DNA of 64,000 bases from Candidatus Latescibacterota bacterium (GCA_965243025.1 CBDETY010000003.1:6336001-6400000), one strand, 5' to 3'. Numbered from the stretch's first letter, positions 38,308 through 48,614 are shown. A program made the numbers and translations. The notes: generated from the letters alone by a model not told the origin.

Positions 38308-39423
38308 ATGGCAAAACACCGCATCGCCCTCATCGGCACCGGCCGCGTCGGCTACCAGTTCAGCTTCGCCGACCTCCCCGACAACCACGCCGAGGCCGTG
38401 CAGCGAGTCGACGGCTGCGAGCTCGTCGCCGGGGTCAACCGCGGCAAGCAGAAGCTCGAGGACTTCGGCAGGCGCTTCGGCATCGATGCGCTCCATCACG
38501 ACTACCGCCGGATGCTCGACGAGGTGAAGCCTGACATCTGCATCGTCGCGACGCACCCGGAGCTTCACTGCGACATGGTCGTGACCTGCGCCGAATTCCC
38601 CTCCGTGAAGGGGATCGTCTGCGAAAAGCCGATGGGCCTCACCCTGGCCGAGTGCGACCGCATGGTGGACACCTGCGACCGCACCGGCACGCTCCTGCAG
38701 ATGAACCACAACCGGCGCTGGCATCCGGAATGGTCCCTCGCCCTGCAGCTCGTCAGAGACGGGGCCATCGGCGAGCTCAGGCACATCCTCTGCTACTGGG
38801 ACGGAGGCAAACCGGCTCCGTGTTGGCGCAGCGAGAACGAGGGTCCGATGCTGCACGACTTCACCCACCACTTCGACATGATGGACATGTTCGCCGGCGA
38901 GGCCGAGTGGCTCTGCGGCATGGCCGAGCAGCGCCTGCGCCCCTGGGCCGTCGAGGACTTCGCCGCCGCCTTCATGAAGTTCAGGAGCGGCGTCACCGGC
39001 GCCGTGCACTCGGCCGAACTCACCGGATACACCGATACCGGCTTTCAGCTGCGCGGCCACAGCGGCGCCATCGACATGGCCGGGGAGAAAGTCAGGCTTC
39101 TGCAGGCGGTGCCCGACGACTACGAGCCGGATTCCGGCTTTCAGTGGAGCGCGTTGGAGGAAGCCGAGGTCGAGCACCCGCCGCCGGCGTCGACCTACGT
39201 GCTCGCGCTGGAGGAGCTGGCCGCCGCCCTGGAAGGGAACGGGGAGCTGCGCAGCGACGGCAGAACCGGGCGCCGGTCGCTGGAGCTCGTCATGGCCGTC
39301 TACCAGTCGCAACTTGCGGGAAATCAGCCGGTCACGCTGCCGCTCGCCGACCGCGATACCGCGGTGCAGGCGTTGCGGGATGCCGGTGCGTTCGTGGAGA
39401 AGCCGGTGGCTCGAGGCAGATGA
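38308..39423 (+). CDS. Gfo/Idh/MocA family oxidoreductase
   Basis: ALIGTGRVG, CEKPMG, HNRRW, HDFTHHFD. Confidence 0.92.
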   Translation: MAKHRIALIGTGRVGYQFSFADLPDNHAEAVQRVDGCELVAGVNRGKQKLEDFGRRFGIDALHHDYRRMLDEVKPDICIVATHPELHCDMVVTCAEFPSVKGIVCEKPMGLTLAECDRMVDTCDRTGTLLQMNHNRRWHPEWSLALQLVRDGAIGELRHILCYWDGGKPAPCWRSENEGPMLHDFTHHFDMMDMFAGEAEWLCGMAEQRLRPWAVEDFAAAFMKFRSGVTGAVHSAELTGYTDTGFQLRGHSGAIDMAGEKVRLLQAVPDDYEPDSGFQWSALEEAEVEHPPPASTYVLALEELAAALEGNGELRSDGRTGRRSLELVMAVYQSQLAGNQPVTLPLADRDTAVQALRDAGAFVEKPVARGR

Positions 39424-39448
39424 CGGAACATGAGTCCGTGTGCGAAGT

Positions 39449-40459
39449 TCACACCGTATCGAGGGCGGCGACGAGCCCCTTGATGTAACCCACGGCATAC
39501 GCCAGGCTCTGACCTTTTTCCGCTTCGCTGTCCCCCTCGAGCGGATAGTAGTGATCGGGATTCACGCAACCGTCGAACCCCGCGTCTCTCAATGCCCGCA
39601 GAACGGTGAACATGTCCCCGCCCCCGTCGTCGAGCAGGGACTCCTCGAAGGCGCCGTCGATGCCGAACGTGCCGCGCGGGTTGCGCAGGTGGACCATGAA
39701 GATGCGGCCCTTCCGTCCGTAGTTGTGAATCTCGTCGAGCACCAGCGGCATGCCGCCGGCCTCGGCGCGCGTTCCGCAGCAGTACAGATACCCGACACAG
39801 GAATTCGGAAAGGCGTCGACGATGCGGTGGAACCCCAATCCGCCGAACGGCGTATCCGGCAGCGGGATGTCGCTGGGATGCATGGCCAGCTTCACGCCGC
39901 GCTCTTCCGCCTCGGGCACCAGCCGCTCGTAGAGCCGGCAGAAGCGGGCCCACCAGTCCTCCAACTGCTCCTGCGAGGGACGCTCGCACCCCATTACCCG
40001 CGGCCAGTACGAGAAGCGCAGCGCCCGTTCGTCGGTGAAGTCGTGGCCGGGGGGCTGGTTAATGCTCAGCCCCCTCGTCTCGTAGCCGCCCCGGTGCAGC
40101 GACCTCGTGAACCTCGCGAGATGATTGAACTGGTCCCCCGCGAGAGCCGGCCTGACGATCGGAAGACCGGCCTCGGCGTAGACCCGCAGGGCGAGCACGG
40201 CGCGCTCCGCCTCCTCTTCGCCGCCTTCCCGGTCCGTCATGAAGCGATCGGTCACCGCAGGCAGGGTGCACCGGTTCAGGCCCAGGCCGAAGGACCTGAT
40301 TTTCCCGACGATCCGCAGGAGGCCGTCCAGGTCCGGATAGCCCTGCTCCTTCACCCCCGGCAGGTCGGTGCCGACGTCGACACAGTCCGCCCCGAGCTGT
40401 GACACGCGCTTCAGCCAGCTCTCCGAGAGATCGCCGGCGCTGACTGCTGTCCTGATCAT
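39449..40459 (-). CDS. Mannonate dehydratase (UxuA)-like TIM-barrel enzyme
   Basis: LVPEAEERGVKLAMHPSDIP, CCGT, VHLRN, PDH, AYAVGYIKGL. Confidence 0.85.
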   Translation of the reverse strand: MIRTAVSAGDLSESWLKRVSQLGADCVDVGTDLPGVKEQGYPDLDGLLRIVGKIRSFGLGLNRCTLPAVTDRFMTDREGGEEEAERAVLALRVYAEAGLPIVRPALAGDQFNHLARFTRSLHRGGYETRGLSINQPPGHDFTDERALRFSYWPRVMGCERPSQEQLEDWWARFCRLYERLVPEAEERGVKLAMHPSDIPLPDTPFGGLGFHRIVDAFPNSCVGYLYCCGTRAEAGGMPLVLDEIHNYGRKGRIFMVHLRNPRGTFGIDGAFEESLLDDGGGDMFTVLRALRDAGFDGCVNPDHYYPLEGDSEAEKGQSLAYAVGYIKGLVAALDTV

Positions 40460-40519
40460 CGAACCCCGTCACCAACGGCGTCGTCGAAGGAGGATTGCTT
40501 CCGGATCCCCGTCATCCTC

Positions 40520-41710
40520 TCACCATCCCTTCCAGCTGCCGTCTGCATGGCGATATTGACGGAATGCCATGGGCTCGAGCGGGAGCTTGGCGATGTCGGC
40601 TTCCTTTACTTCGATGCCCAGGCCCGGCCGGTCGCTCACGTTGATGTATCCGTCGGCGATCTGCCAATCGTGCTCGGCATACTGGTCGTAGCGCTCGAAA
40701 TACGACGGGGCCATTTCCAGTATCAGGAAATTGGGAGTGACCGCAGATGCATGGAAAGCGGCCGCATTCCCGACGGGGCCTGCCACGTTGTGGGGCGCCA
40801 TCAGCATCTGTTGCCGGTTTGCGCTCCTGGCGATTTCGCAGAACGCGGTGATGCCGAAACAGTGCGTGATGTCCGGCTGCAGAAAGGCGCAAGCCCGGCG
40901 CTGGATCAGTTCTTCGAATTCCCTGGCGGCGAACAGCTGCTCACCCGTAGCAACGGGAACCGGACTGCGCTGCGTGACATCCATCAGGGCGTCGACGGAC
41001 CCGACTTTGACCGGTGCCTCGAGAAACATGGGGGCATAAGGCGCCGCACGTCGGGCGAATTCAATGCTCAGTTCGGGTGTGGGACTCCCGTGCGTGTCCA
41101 GCAGTATCGCCGGATCGGGGCCAATCGCCTCGCGCACGGCGGCAATACACTCGAGGCTGCGTGCGATCGCGGCCAGCTCCATGGGGGCGCGGCGCGATTC
41201 GAGCGGGTTGCCTTTGACCCCGGCGTAGCCGTTGGCGATCTGTTTCCTCGCCGTCTCCGCAGCCTCGGCGGGCGAGCTCTCAACGAGCCCGCCGCTGGCG
41301 TAGACCTGGATACGGTCGCGCCGCCTGCCGCCCAGAATCGCGTGCACGGGCACACCCCAGGCCTTACCGGCAATGTCGTACAGGGCCATGTTGATGGCGG
41401 CCACGGCAGTACCGATGATCGGCCCGCCTTTCCAGGGGGCAAAGTTGACGATGTCGTCGGTCAGCGCTTCGACGCGGGTCGGATCCCGGTCGAGCAGAAG
41501 GGGAACCAATTGTCGCAGCAGCGTTTCAACCGGCTGAACGAGCCACTCGCCGCTGCCTTCGCCCCAGCCGCTGATGCCGGCATCCGTTTCCAGTTTCAGG
41601 AAAAGCCAGCTCTTCATGGTGCTGCAAAGCAATTCGCCGGTTCCGGGATCTCGAATCTCCTGGCCGGTGGGTACGGACAGCGGATAGGTTTTGACAGACG
41701 TGATCTTCAT
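40520..41710 (-). CDS. Galactonate dehydratase-like enolase superfamily enzyme
   Basis: GWGE, ALYDIAGK, DTHG, EAP, TGE, QPD, PHN, PGLG. Confidence 0.9.
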   Translation of the reverse strand: MKITSVKTYPLSVPTGQEIRDPGTGELLCSTMKSWLFLKLETDAGISGWGEGSGEWLVQPVETLLRQLVPLLLDRDPTRVEALTDDIVNFAPWKGGPIIGTAVAAINMALYDIAGKAWGVPVHAILGGRRRDRIQVYASGGLVESSPAEAAETARKQIANGYAGVKGNPLESRRAPMELAAIARSLECIAAVREAIGPDPAILLDTHGSPTPELSIEFARRAAPYAPMFLEAPVKVGSVDALMDVTQRSPVPVATGEQLFAAREFEELIQRRACAFLQPDITHCFGITAFCEIARSANRQQMLMAPHNVAGPVGNAAAFHASAVTPNFLILEMAPSYFERYDQYAEHDWQIADGYINVSDRPGLGIEVKEADIAKLPLEPMAFRQYRHADGSWKGW

Positions 41711-42606
41711 GAACTCTTCGCCCGGATCGTCTGCTCCACGTCTTCCTTGTAGTCGTCCCCCATGACACTCAGGGCGCGATCGATGCCCGACCCCTTCGAG
41801 GCCTCGAGGTCCAGATCGGTGACCGGCAGCAGGGAAGTAACGTTGGCGTTGCCCCGGAGAAACTTCTCGGCCAGATTGACTCCCGCGCACCAACCGTAGT
41901 GGCCGTAGAGGCGCATGATGCGCTGGCGCGCGTAGGCCGGGGTGTGGCCCTGCGACTGATAGCACATCTCGGCTTCGATACGCTGGTCTGCCCAGCCTGA
42001 TATATCGACGTACACATCGACCTCGTCTCCCGGTTGGGACGGAGCGCAGTAGTAGATGCGGGCAGGCTTGTGGGGCACGCGCTTCTGGCCCTGACGGGGA
42101 TGGCTGGCGACGACCAGGGCGTCGTTGACGACGGCAGCCGTCATCGTATGGTCGTCGTGTCCACTGGACAAACGGCTCCTCGTCTGCTTTTCCGGCACCT
42201 CCGTAATCAGCAGGTCCGGCCTCACCTCGCAGATGAGGTCGGCGACCTCGTCGACCATTTCATCGCTGCTCCGCAGGGGTTTGTCCGGATACCCCATGCA
42301 GCGCACGTCGTCGACACCGAACAGGGCGCAGGCGCGTTTCGCCTCGTCGTATTTCTGGTCGGTATACTCCTGGCGCTGCTGCTCGGTCACACTCGTGTCG
42401 CGCTCTGTCTCGTCCTTGCGCAGCTCTTCAAAGAGCCGCTCGTTGTGCGTGCCGCCCCCGTCGGTCAAAATAGCCACGGTGACTTTATCGCCATTCCGGA
42501 TGTGATTACCCATCGTTCCCAGGGCGTGGGTGCAGTCGTGGGGGTGGGCAAAGAGTCCCAACAACTGCACCTGCTGCTTCGTCTGCAACCATTGCATGAT
42601 CATCAC
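41707..42606 (-). CDS. PIG-L family deacetylase
   Basis: AHPHD, TDGG, RPDLLIT, HDDH, VDIS, SQ, AEKF. Confidence 0.85.
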   Translation of the reverse strand: MMIMQWLQTKQQVQLLGLFAHPHDCTHALGTMGNHIRNGDKVTVAILTDGGGTHNERLFEELRKDETERDTSVTEQQRQEYTDQKYDEAKRACALFGVDDVRCMGYPDKPLRSSDEMVDEVADLICEVRPDLLITEVPEKQTRSRLSSGHDDHTMTAAVVNDALVVASHPRQGQKRVPHKPARIYYCAPSQPGDEVDVYVDISGWADQRIEAEMCYQSQGHTPAYARQRIMRLYGHYGWCAGVNLAEKFLRGNANVTSLLPVTDLDLEASKGSGIDRALSVMGDDYKEDVEQTIRAKSS

Positions 42607-42773
42607 TCCTCGTTATAGGCGTCGCTCTCGACGGCAACCAACGGCGCGATGCGCCATGGCCTCAACATTAGCGCTCCTTTCTCGCTTGACCAAACCATCG
42701 ATTCTCCGATCGTCGTTCATGTTCCGCCGCTGCTGCGCGCCGCGTTTTGCGCTTCCCTGGAAAGAGGTGCGAG

Positions 42774-44816
42774 GTGACCGAAGACAGAAATGCAAGGGAA
42801 ATCGTGCTGGCCCGGATCGACCTGTCTGAATGCCCGGCGGGCAAGATCCTCGACTACAACGACCCCGAAAAAAGCCTGGAAGCGAAGGTCTTCAAGGGCT
42901 GGAACAATCCCCTGGAATGGGGCCCCAAGCAAGGGCAAAGACCGAGCTCTTACCGGGTGGTCTCCGACGGGGGCGTACAGGTACTGGAGCATCACAACAA
43001 AACCGGACGGTGCCTTACGACAGGGGAGCCGTTGTGGGCGGATTACACCGTGGAGGCGTTCGTTCGGCAACTGAACGCGTTTACGCAACCGAGCATGGAC
43101 GAACCACATGCCATAGTGGGTCTCTCAGGACTGATGGTGCGCTACCAGGATCTGCGACGCTATTACCTGTTCGGCATGGAGGGGCATGAGCGCTTCGTGC
43201 TGTATCGCCGCGAAGACGAGTCGTGGCTGATGCTGGCGGATTGTCCCAACGGGGTGGATCGCAGCCGCTACTACCACCTGCGCGTCGTGTGTGAAGGGCG
43301 CCGGTTCGAGTGCCATGTAGACGAAAAGCAAGTATTCGTGGCCTACGACGAGAAGTTCGAGGTGGGTAAAGTCGGCATCCGCACGAACACCCGCAGCCGG
43401 ATGCACGGGGTACGGGTTACAGCGTCAGAGCCTGCCCGGGCGGCGTTCGTGAGCCGTCAGAGCGCCTGTGACCGGGAGGTGGCCCAAGCATCCGAGAAAT
43501 ACCCGAAACCGGTGCTGTGGAAGCGGATCGACATCGGCGAATACTGGCCGTGCGAGGTGCGGATCGGAGATTTCCGCGGTGCGGGCAGGAAGGAGATCGT
43601 GCTGCAGCAGGAGACCGGGTCGGGCCTCCGCATTGCGTGCCTGGACATGGACGGAGAGAAGCAATGGGAGAATGTCTATCCCGCGGCATCGGGTCTGGAA
43701 CACCGCGTCGTGCACGATCTGGATGGGGACGGAGTAGAGGACTTCACAGGGGTCGAGGGAGACCTGCTGCGCATGGTGAGCGGGCGGACCGGTGAAGTAG
43801 CGGCCGAGACGGAACTGCCCCGGGCAGGGCCGTACCGCGGGTTCCGCGGCGACAGCGTCAAGCCGCATCTGCACAAGCTGGGGGCCTTGTGGCCCTGCCG
43901 GCTTCGTAAGACGGAGAAGGCGCAGGACCTGATCCTGAGAGACGGCGACCATGCGGGCACCGGCTACTCCATCTGGGCCTACGATGAGGCACTGAACCTG
44001 CGCTGGCGTCAGGATGCGCACGAATCGTGGTACGGGATGTACATCTGGTTCTGCGACGTGGACGGGGATGGCCGCGACGAGATTCTGCCGGGGTATCAGC
44101 TCTACGACGGGGACGGAAACCTTCTGTGGCTGATGGAAGGGGCGGAATACATCGAAGATTCCGGTGGAGCCGGACACGTCGATCACGCCGCGTTCGGAGA
44201 GCTTGACGGCGATGAAAGCAACGGTCCGGAGATCGGGATCGCCGGCAGCGATCCGGGGTTTTTCCTCGTGGATGCGCGCACGGGAGCGCTGTTGAGGCAC
44301 CACCGCTTCGGCCACGTGCAGGGAATCTATGCGGGAAATTTCCGGCCGGATCTACCGGGCCTGGAAATGTGGATGGGCAATCGCTGGGAAAACTACGGCA
44401 TCCTGAATCTGGTGAGCGGCCGGGGAGATCCGCTGTTGCGGTGCGAGCCTGACACGATCAGCCAGGGTGGCCCGGCGGTGAACTGGTCCGGGGATGGCGA
44501 GGAGCTTTTGTACCTGTCGAGTTCCCCGGAGGCAAACGGGTTCTACGACGCGCAGGGCAGAAAGGTCGTGCGGCCGGTATGCGACGGGCTGCCGTTCGAG
44601 TGGGCAGGAGGTCTGGTCGAGGATGTAGTGGGAGACGCGCGCGATGAGATCATCTACGTCCACGAGGGAGCCATTTACATCCTCACGCAGGACCGTCCTT
44701 ACCCCGCCGGCGAGAAGATCTATGCGCCAACTCGCAAGTTCGATATCTCCCTGCCGGGTTGGAAGGTGAACGAGCCCATCGCTGCCTCGGGAATGTCGTC
44801 CTCGATCCGGGCATGA
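42774..44816 (+). CDS. Lectin-like (DUF1080-type) domain plus PL11/FG-GAP-like beta-propeller protein
   Basis: WADYTVEA...GLMVRYQD...YHLRV...GKVG N-domain; repeated DLDGDG/DVDGDGRDEI motifs, GHVD, GHVQ; start placed at GTG 42774. Confidence 0.7.
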   Translation: MTEDRNAREIVLARIDLSECPAGKILDYNDPEKSLEAKVFKGWNNPLEWGPKQGQRPSSYRVVSDGGVQVLEHHNKTGRCLTTGEPLWADYTVEAFVRQLNAFTQPSMDEPHAIVGLSGLMVRYQDLRRYYLFGMEGHERFVLYRREDESWLMLADCPNGVDRSRYYHLRVVCEGRRFECHVDEKQVFVAYDEKFEVGKVGIRTNTRSRMHGVRVTASEPARAAFVSRQSACDREVAQASEKYPKPVLWKRIDIGEYWPCEVRIGDFRGAGRKEIVLQQETGSGLRIACLDMDGEKQWENVYPAASGLEHRVVHDLDGDGVEDFTGVEGDLLRMVSGRTGEVAAETELPRAGPYRGFRGDSVKPHLHKLGALWPCRLRKTEKAQDLILRDGDHAGTGYSIWAYDEALNLRWRQDAHESWYGMYIWFCDVDGDGRDEILPGYQLYDGDGNLLWLMEGAEYIEDSGGAGHVDHAAFGELDGDESNGPEIGIAGSDPGFFLVDARTGALLRHHRFGHVQGIYAGNFRPDLPGLEMWMGNRWENYGILNLVSGRGDPLLRCEPDTISQGGPAVNWSGDGEELLYLSSSPEANGFYDAQGRKVVRPVCDGLPFEWAGGLVEDVVGDARDEIIYVHEGAIYILTQDRPYPAGEKIYAPTRKFDISLPGWKVNEPIAASGMSSSIRA

Positions 44817-44910
44817 ATCGCCTGAGACCCGATGACGATCACCTCGGGCTCCCCCGTGACCGCGGAAAGCATCCTTCAACAGAATTGCCAACTGATTGCC
44901 TGGCACTGCA

Positions 44911-46677
44911 ATGCGACGACGACGCGATCCGATCATCTGGCCATGCCTGATCATCTCCTTTCTGCTGCACCTGGTCGCTGTCAACTACATCGCCCTGTCC
45001 TGGCGCGAGGCGGAAGAGGCCAAGGCCTTCCGGGCGAGGATCGCCAACATCCCCGCGAGGCGGTTCGAGCCCCAGCGGATGCGCGTCCCCGAACCGAAAC
45101 GGCTCCCCGAATCGAGGATGGAATACCTGCGGCGGGAGGCGGAGCCGGAAACCATGGCGGAAGAGGTCACTCGCACCGAAGTCGCCCCGCGCCCGCCGAA
45201 GGCTCCCGAAGTCGACTTCGCCCTCCGGGAGATCGGCACCGGGGCGCCGCCCGAAACCCTGGCATTCGTCGAGGAGCGCAAGCTGTCGCCGCACGAATAC
45301 GGCTGGGCGGACACGGCGGGGCGCAGGGAAGCTCTCGACCTGCTGCGCATCGAGGACCTCGCCCGGGCCGGCAGGGAGCCGGCGGCCATCATTCCCGACC
45401 TCTACAGCCGCAGGGACGCCAGGGGGTATCTCAACATCGCCCGGCTTCAGCTTTCCGGTGCCGGGTCCAGGGGCTTCTCTCTCGACGCTCTGGCCCGCTA
45501 CACCCGCGACCATTCGAACATCCTCGTCCAGGTAGGTCAGCACGGACACAGCTATTTCGACCAGGAATACCTCCTCGACTATCCGATTCATTTCCTTTTC
45601 GAGGGGGAAGGCAGGCCGGTCACGACCTCGGAATACCGGGTCCGCTTTCACGAAAAGGAGAAAGAGCTGCTCGCAGAGTACATGCGCAGCGGCGGGCTGC
45701 TCTATATCGAGGGGGCGGAGGGCAGGTACCGCTTTCTGACGGAAATGGTCGACAGCCTGAAGTCGATCCTGGAAAACGACGGGGGTATCGGTCCGATCGG
45801 CGTCGATCACGACCTGTACCACTCTTTCTTCGACTTCTACTCAGGTTTCCCGGGGGAGGGTGGCAAGGACACCAAATACCCTGAGCTTCCAGGGGAATCG
45901 TGGTACTACCCCGGCTCGGAGCGCGGCGATGAGGTGCCACCCGGTCTCCAGGAGTCCGGAGTAGTGCCAGGGATCGATTCCGGGCTGACCAAACTGGGGC
46001 TCTGGGGCGTCGAGATCGACGGCCGTCTCGTGGCTATCGTCAGCGACATAGGCCTGAAGGCGAGGTGGGCAAGGATGTACGATCTCGAGGCGCCTGCCCC
46101 CAGCGAACCCTTCCTTCAGGCAGGCATGAACCTTCTCATGTACGTCCTGAGCCGCGAGGACGGTCTCACGCCGGTTCGGCAACGGCCTGCCTGGGAGATC
46201 ACGCGCCCGAGGATCGGCCCCCGGGATGAGGCTCCGATCGAGGTCGCAAGCCGCCTGGCCGCCGAAGAATCGGCCATCCTCGACCAGGTCGCGGACCTCG
46301 ACGGTTCCCTCGCCCTGCTTCAGTCGCCGCTGGGGGCGGAAGTCGCCGCTGGGGGCCTCGTCATCCGGCTCGGAGCGGGCTACACCATCTCCCTTCTGAA
46401 GGGGGGAATCAACGGGATCCTCCTGCACAACGTTCCGGCGGGAAGCCTTTGGGTCGGGATCGAATACGGCGGGAAACGGCGGGAAATCGAAGTGGAGGTC
46501 GAGGGAGGGCGGGTGACGACGGTGACCTTCGGGATCAGCCGGACCGCCTTCCTCCGGCACCTGCGGCTGAACGAGCAGTCCGACCGCGTTTCAGCGATGG
46601 ACTGGATGCTGGGTTTTTCCGATTTGGAGGTGGAAGAGATGTTCCTAGCCGAAGACCGGGACACCCTGGGCGACTGA
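44911..46677 (+). CDS. Membrane-anchored DUF4159 domain protein
   Basis: ISFLLH anchor, EKELLAEYMRSGGLLYIE, HDLYHSFFDF, GVEIDGRLVAI, GMNLLMYVL. Confidence 0.75.
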   Translation: MRRRRDPIIWPCLIISFLLHLVAVNYIALSWREAEEAKAFRARIANIPARRFEPQRMRVPEPKRLPESRMEYLRREAEPETMAEEVTRTEVAPRPPKAPEVDFALREIGTGAPPETLAFVEERKLSPHEYGWADTAGRREALDLLRIEDLARAGREPAAIIPDLYSRRDARGYLNIARLQLSGAGSRGFSLDALARYTRDHSNILVQVGQHGHSYFDQEYLLDYPIHFLFEGEGRPVTTSEYRVRFHEKEKELLAEYMRSGGLLYIEGAEGRYRFLTEMVDSLKSILENDGGIGPIGVDHDLYHSFFDFYSGFPGEGGKDTKYPELPGESWYYPGSERGDEVPPGLQESGVVPGIDSGLTKLGLWGVEIDGRLVAIVSDIGLKARWARMYDLEAPAPSEPFLQAGMNLLMYVLSREDGLTPVRQRPAWEITRPRIGPRDEAPIEVASRLAAEESAILDQVADLDGSLALLQSPLGAEVAAGGLVIRLGAGYTISLLKGGINGILLHNVPAGSLWVGIEYGGKRREIEVEVEGGRVTTVTFGISRTAFLRHLRLNEQSDRVSAMDWMLGFSDLEVEEMFLAEDRDTLGD

Positions 46678-46762
46678 CCGCCCGAACGCACTGCCGGCCG
46701 GAACGCACTGCCTGCTGCCCCTCTGGACTATGAGTCGGGCAAGATGCCCCGACCTACCACCT

Positions 46763-47899
46763 TTAATGGGGCGCGACTCTGAAGTGTTTCACCACGTCTT
46801 CATCCAGTTCGAAACCCAGGCCCGGACGGTCAGGCACTTCGACAAAACCGTCTGCATCAACCTCTACCGCTGGTGTCAGCAGTTCGGAGATGATCGGTGA
46901 ATCCGGAAATGCGACAGGGGTTTCGAAATACGGCATGTTCGGCAACACTGCAGCGAGATGGATTTCTGCCGCCACTCCGACGACATGGCACCACGCATGC
47001 GGGACACAAATCAGGCCCCTGCGATAAGCTGCTTCCGCAATCCGCGCAATCTCTCGAATTCCGCCGGAACGGACTGAACTGGGTTGGACCACATCCACCC
47101 GTCCCTTCTCCATGATTTCCTCGAATTCAAACCGCGTTGTGAAACCCCAGTCGCCTACCGCAATGCGGGTATCTACTGCGTCCGCCAACCGGGCATAACC
47201 GGCGAGATTGTCCGCTGGCAGGGGTGCCTCAATGAAAAACGGGCGATACTCCTCGATCGCACGGATCGAAGCGATGGCTTGTCCGACCTCGTACCAGCAA
47301 TTCTGTACATCGATCAGGATTTCCCTGTCCTCACCGATGGTCTCGCGGACAGCTCCTGTTATCTCGGCATCGCGCTGTACGCTGACATGCCCAAAGCCGC
47401 CGGGCCACTCCTCCAACTTCATTGCGTGAAAGTTCCGATCCTTTGCCAGCGTAAAACGCTCGACAATCTCTTCTACATTCTCACCCGGCGAATAGACGGT
47501 CGCATAGGGCATCACCTTCTTTTTGATTTCGCCGGCTTCCCGAACGGTGCAGCAGGCGTGCCAGATCAATTCACAGACCGGCTTGCCAAGTGCTTTGCCT
47601 GCAATATCCCAGAGCGCGGTCTCCACTGCTCCGATTGCTGCGATGGTTACGCCGCGCCTGCCGAACAAACCTGTGGCGGAGTACATCTTCTGCCAGAGCC
47701 GTTCAACCTGCAGCGGATCTTCACCGTGCAGAAGTCCCTGCAAGCCCCCATCGGTGCGGATGATGGCATCAATCACCAGGGACGGGGATTCCGCCTGTCC
47801 AATCCCGGTGATGCCTTCATCGGTATGTACGCGCACCAGGGTTTCGGCCGCTTTGCCCGGATCTGTCAACGCAATGGTTTCAATTTCTTTGATTCTCAT
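46763..47899 (-). CDS. Mandelate racemase/enolase superfamily enzyme
   Basis: VHTDEGITGIG, ALWDIAGK, IDV, FIEAP, QPS...GG, PH, PGLG. Confidence 0.92.
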   Translation of the reverse strand: MRIKEIETIALTDPGKAAETLVRVHTDEGITGIGQAESPSLVIDAIIRTDGGLQGLLHGEDPLQVERLWQKMYSATGLFGRRGVTIAAIGAVETALWDIAGKALGKPVCELIWHACCTVREAGEIKKKVMPYATVYSPGENVEEIVERFTLAKDRNFHAMKLEEWPGGFGHVSVQRDAEITGAVRETIGEDREILIDVQNCWYEVGQAIASIRAIEEYRPFFIEAPLPADNLAGYARLADAVDTRIAVGDWGFTTRFEFEEIMEKGRVDVVQPSSVRSGGIREIARIAEAAYRRGLICVPHAWCHVVGVAAEIHLAAVLPNMPYFETPVAFPDSPIISELLTPAVEVDADGFVEVPDRPGLGFELDEDVVKHFRVAPH

Positions 47900-47960
47900 T
47901 AAAATCCCGTTCCTCGTTTCTTAGACGCTGAATTTACCGCGGCCGTGCCCATCCAAGGGA

Positions 47961-48261
47961 TCAGGGCCCAGGGGTCAGCGTCGAAGCCGGGCGGATTTTA
48001 CCGGTGAGTTTTTTTCCGCTCTCCAGCCAGCCTGCGAAAGTCACACTCCATCTGGATTCCGTGCCAGAATTCATCCGATTGGCAGAAGAAGGCGCCGAAG
48101 CGAATTGACATGGCCGGTGTGATCGACCGCTTCGCGTGAACGATTTCGTTGATCGCACGCGGGGCCACACCGATGGCACGGGCAATGGCGCTCTGGGAGA
48201 TCCCCATGGGTTCCAGGTACTCCTTCAGAAGAATCTCCCCAGGCGTTATCGGGTTTTTCAT
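47961..48261 (-). CDS. higA: Orphan HigA family antitoxin; probable C-terminal frameshift at A7
   Basis: [20 protein letters not shown]...[24 protein letters not shown]; as read stops at 47998, removing one A extends it to 47961. Confidence 0.85.
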
Positions 48262-48271
48262 ACAGGGCGTG

Positions 48272-48610
48272 TCAGACGGGTTCGGCGGCGGCGATGCGCA
48301 GCTTCCCAGCGGCGGCCGAGCGCGGCTGGCGGATGACGATGTCGATATCGCGGCCGAGCGCGGTGAGAAGGCGGAACAGGCGCTCGAGGGAATACTCGCG
48401 GAAGTCGCCTCTCAGAAGCCGAGACACGTCGGGCTGGGAAAGGCCGAGAAGGTGCCCGGCCTCGGTCTGGGTGATGCCGCGCTGGCGCACGATGGCGTCG
48501 ATGCGGCTGACCAACTCTGCCTTGAGAAGGTGGGCGTCGGCCTCGGGGCGGCCGAGGTCGGCGAAGACGTTGCCGCTGCCGCGTTCGACGGTCGAGTCGG
48601 ATGTGGTCAT
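48272..48610 (-). CDS. XRE/HTH_37 antitoxin
   Basis: [10 protein letters not shown]...LLKAEL...[20 protein letters not shown]...YSLERL. Confidence 0.9.
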   Translation of the reverse strand: MTTSDSTVERGSGNVFADLGRPEADAHLLKAELVSRIDAIVRQRGITQTEAGHLLGLSQPDVSRLLRGDFREYSLERLFRLLTALGRDIDIVIRQPRSAAAGKLRIAAAEPV

Positions 48611-48614
48611 GGTT

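Noticed and set aside
46684-46712. 12-bp direct repeat GAACGCACTGCC x2
   Set aside because: Only two copies 17 bp apart; not CRISPR-like; probably local slippage.
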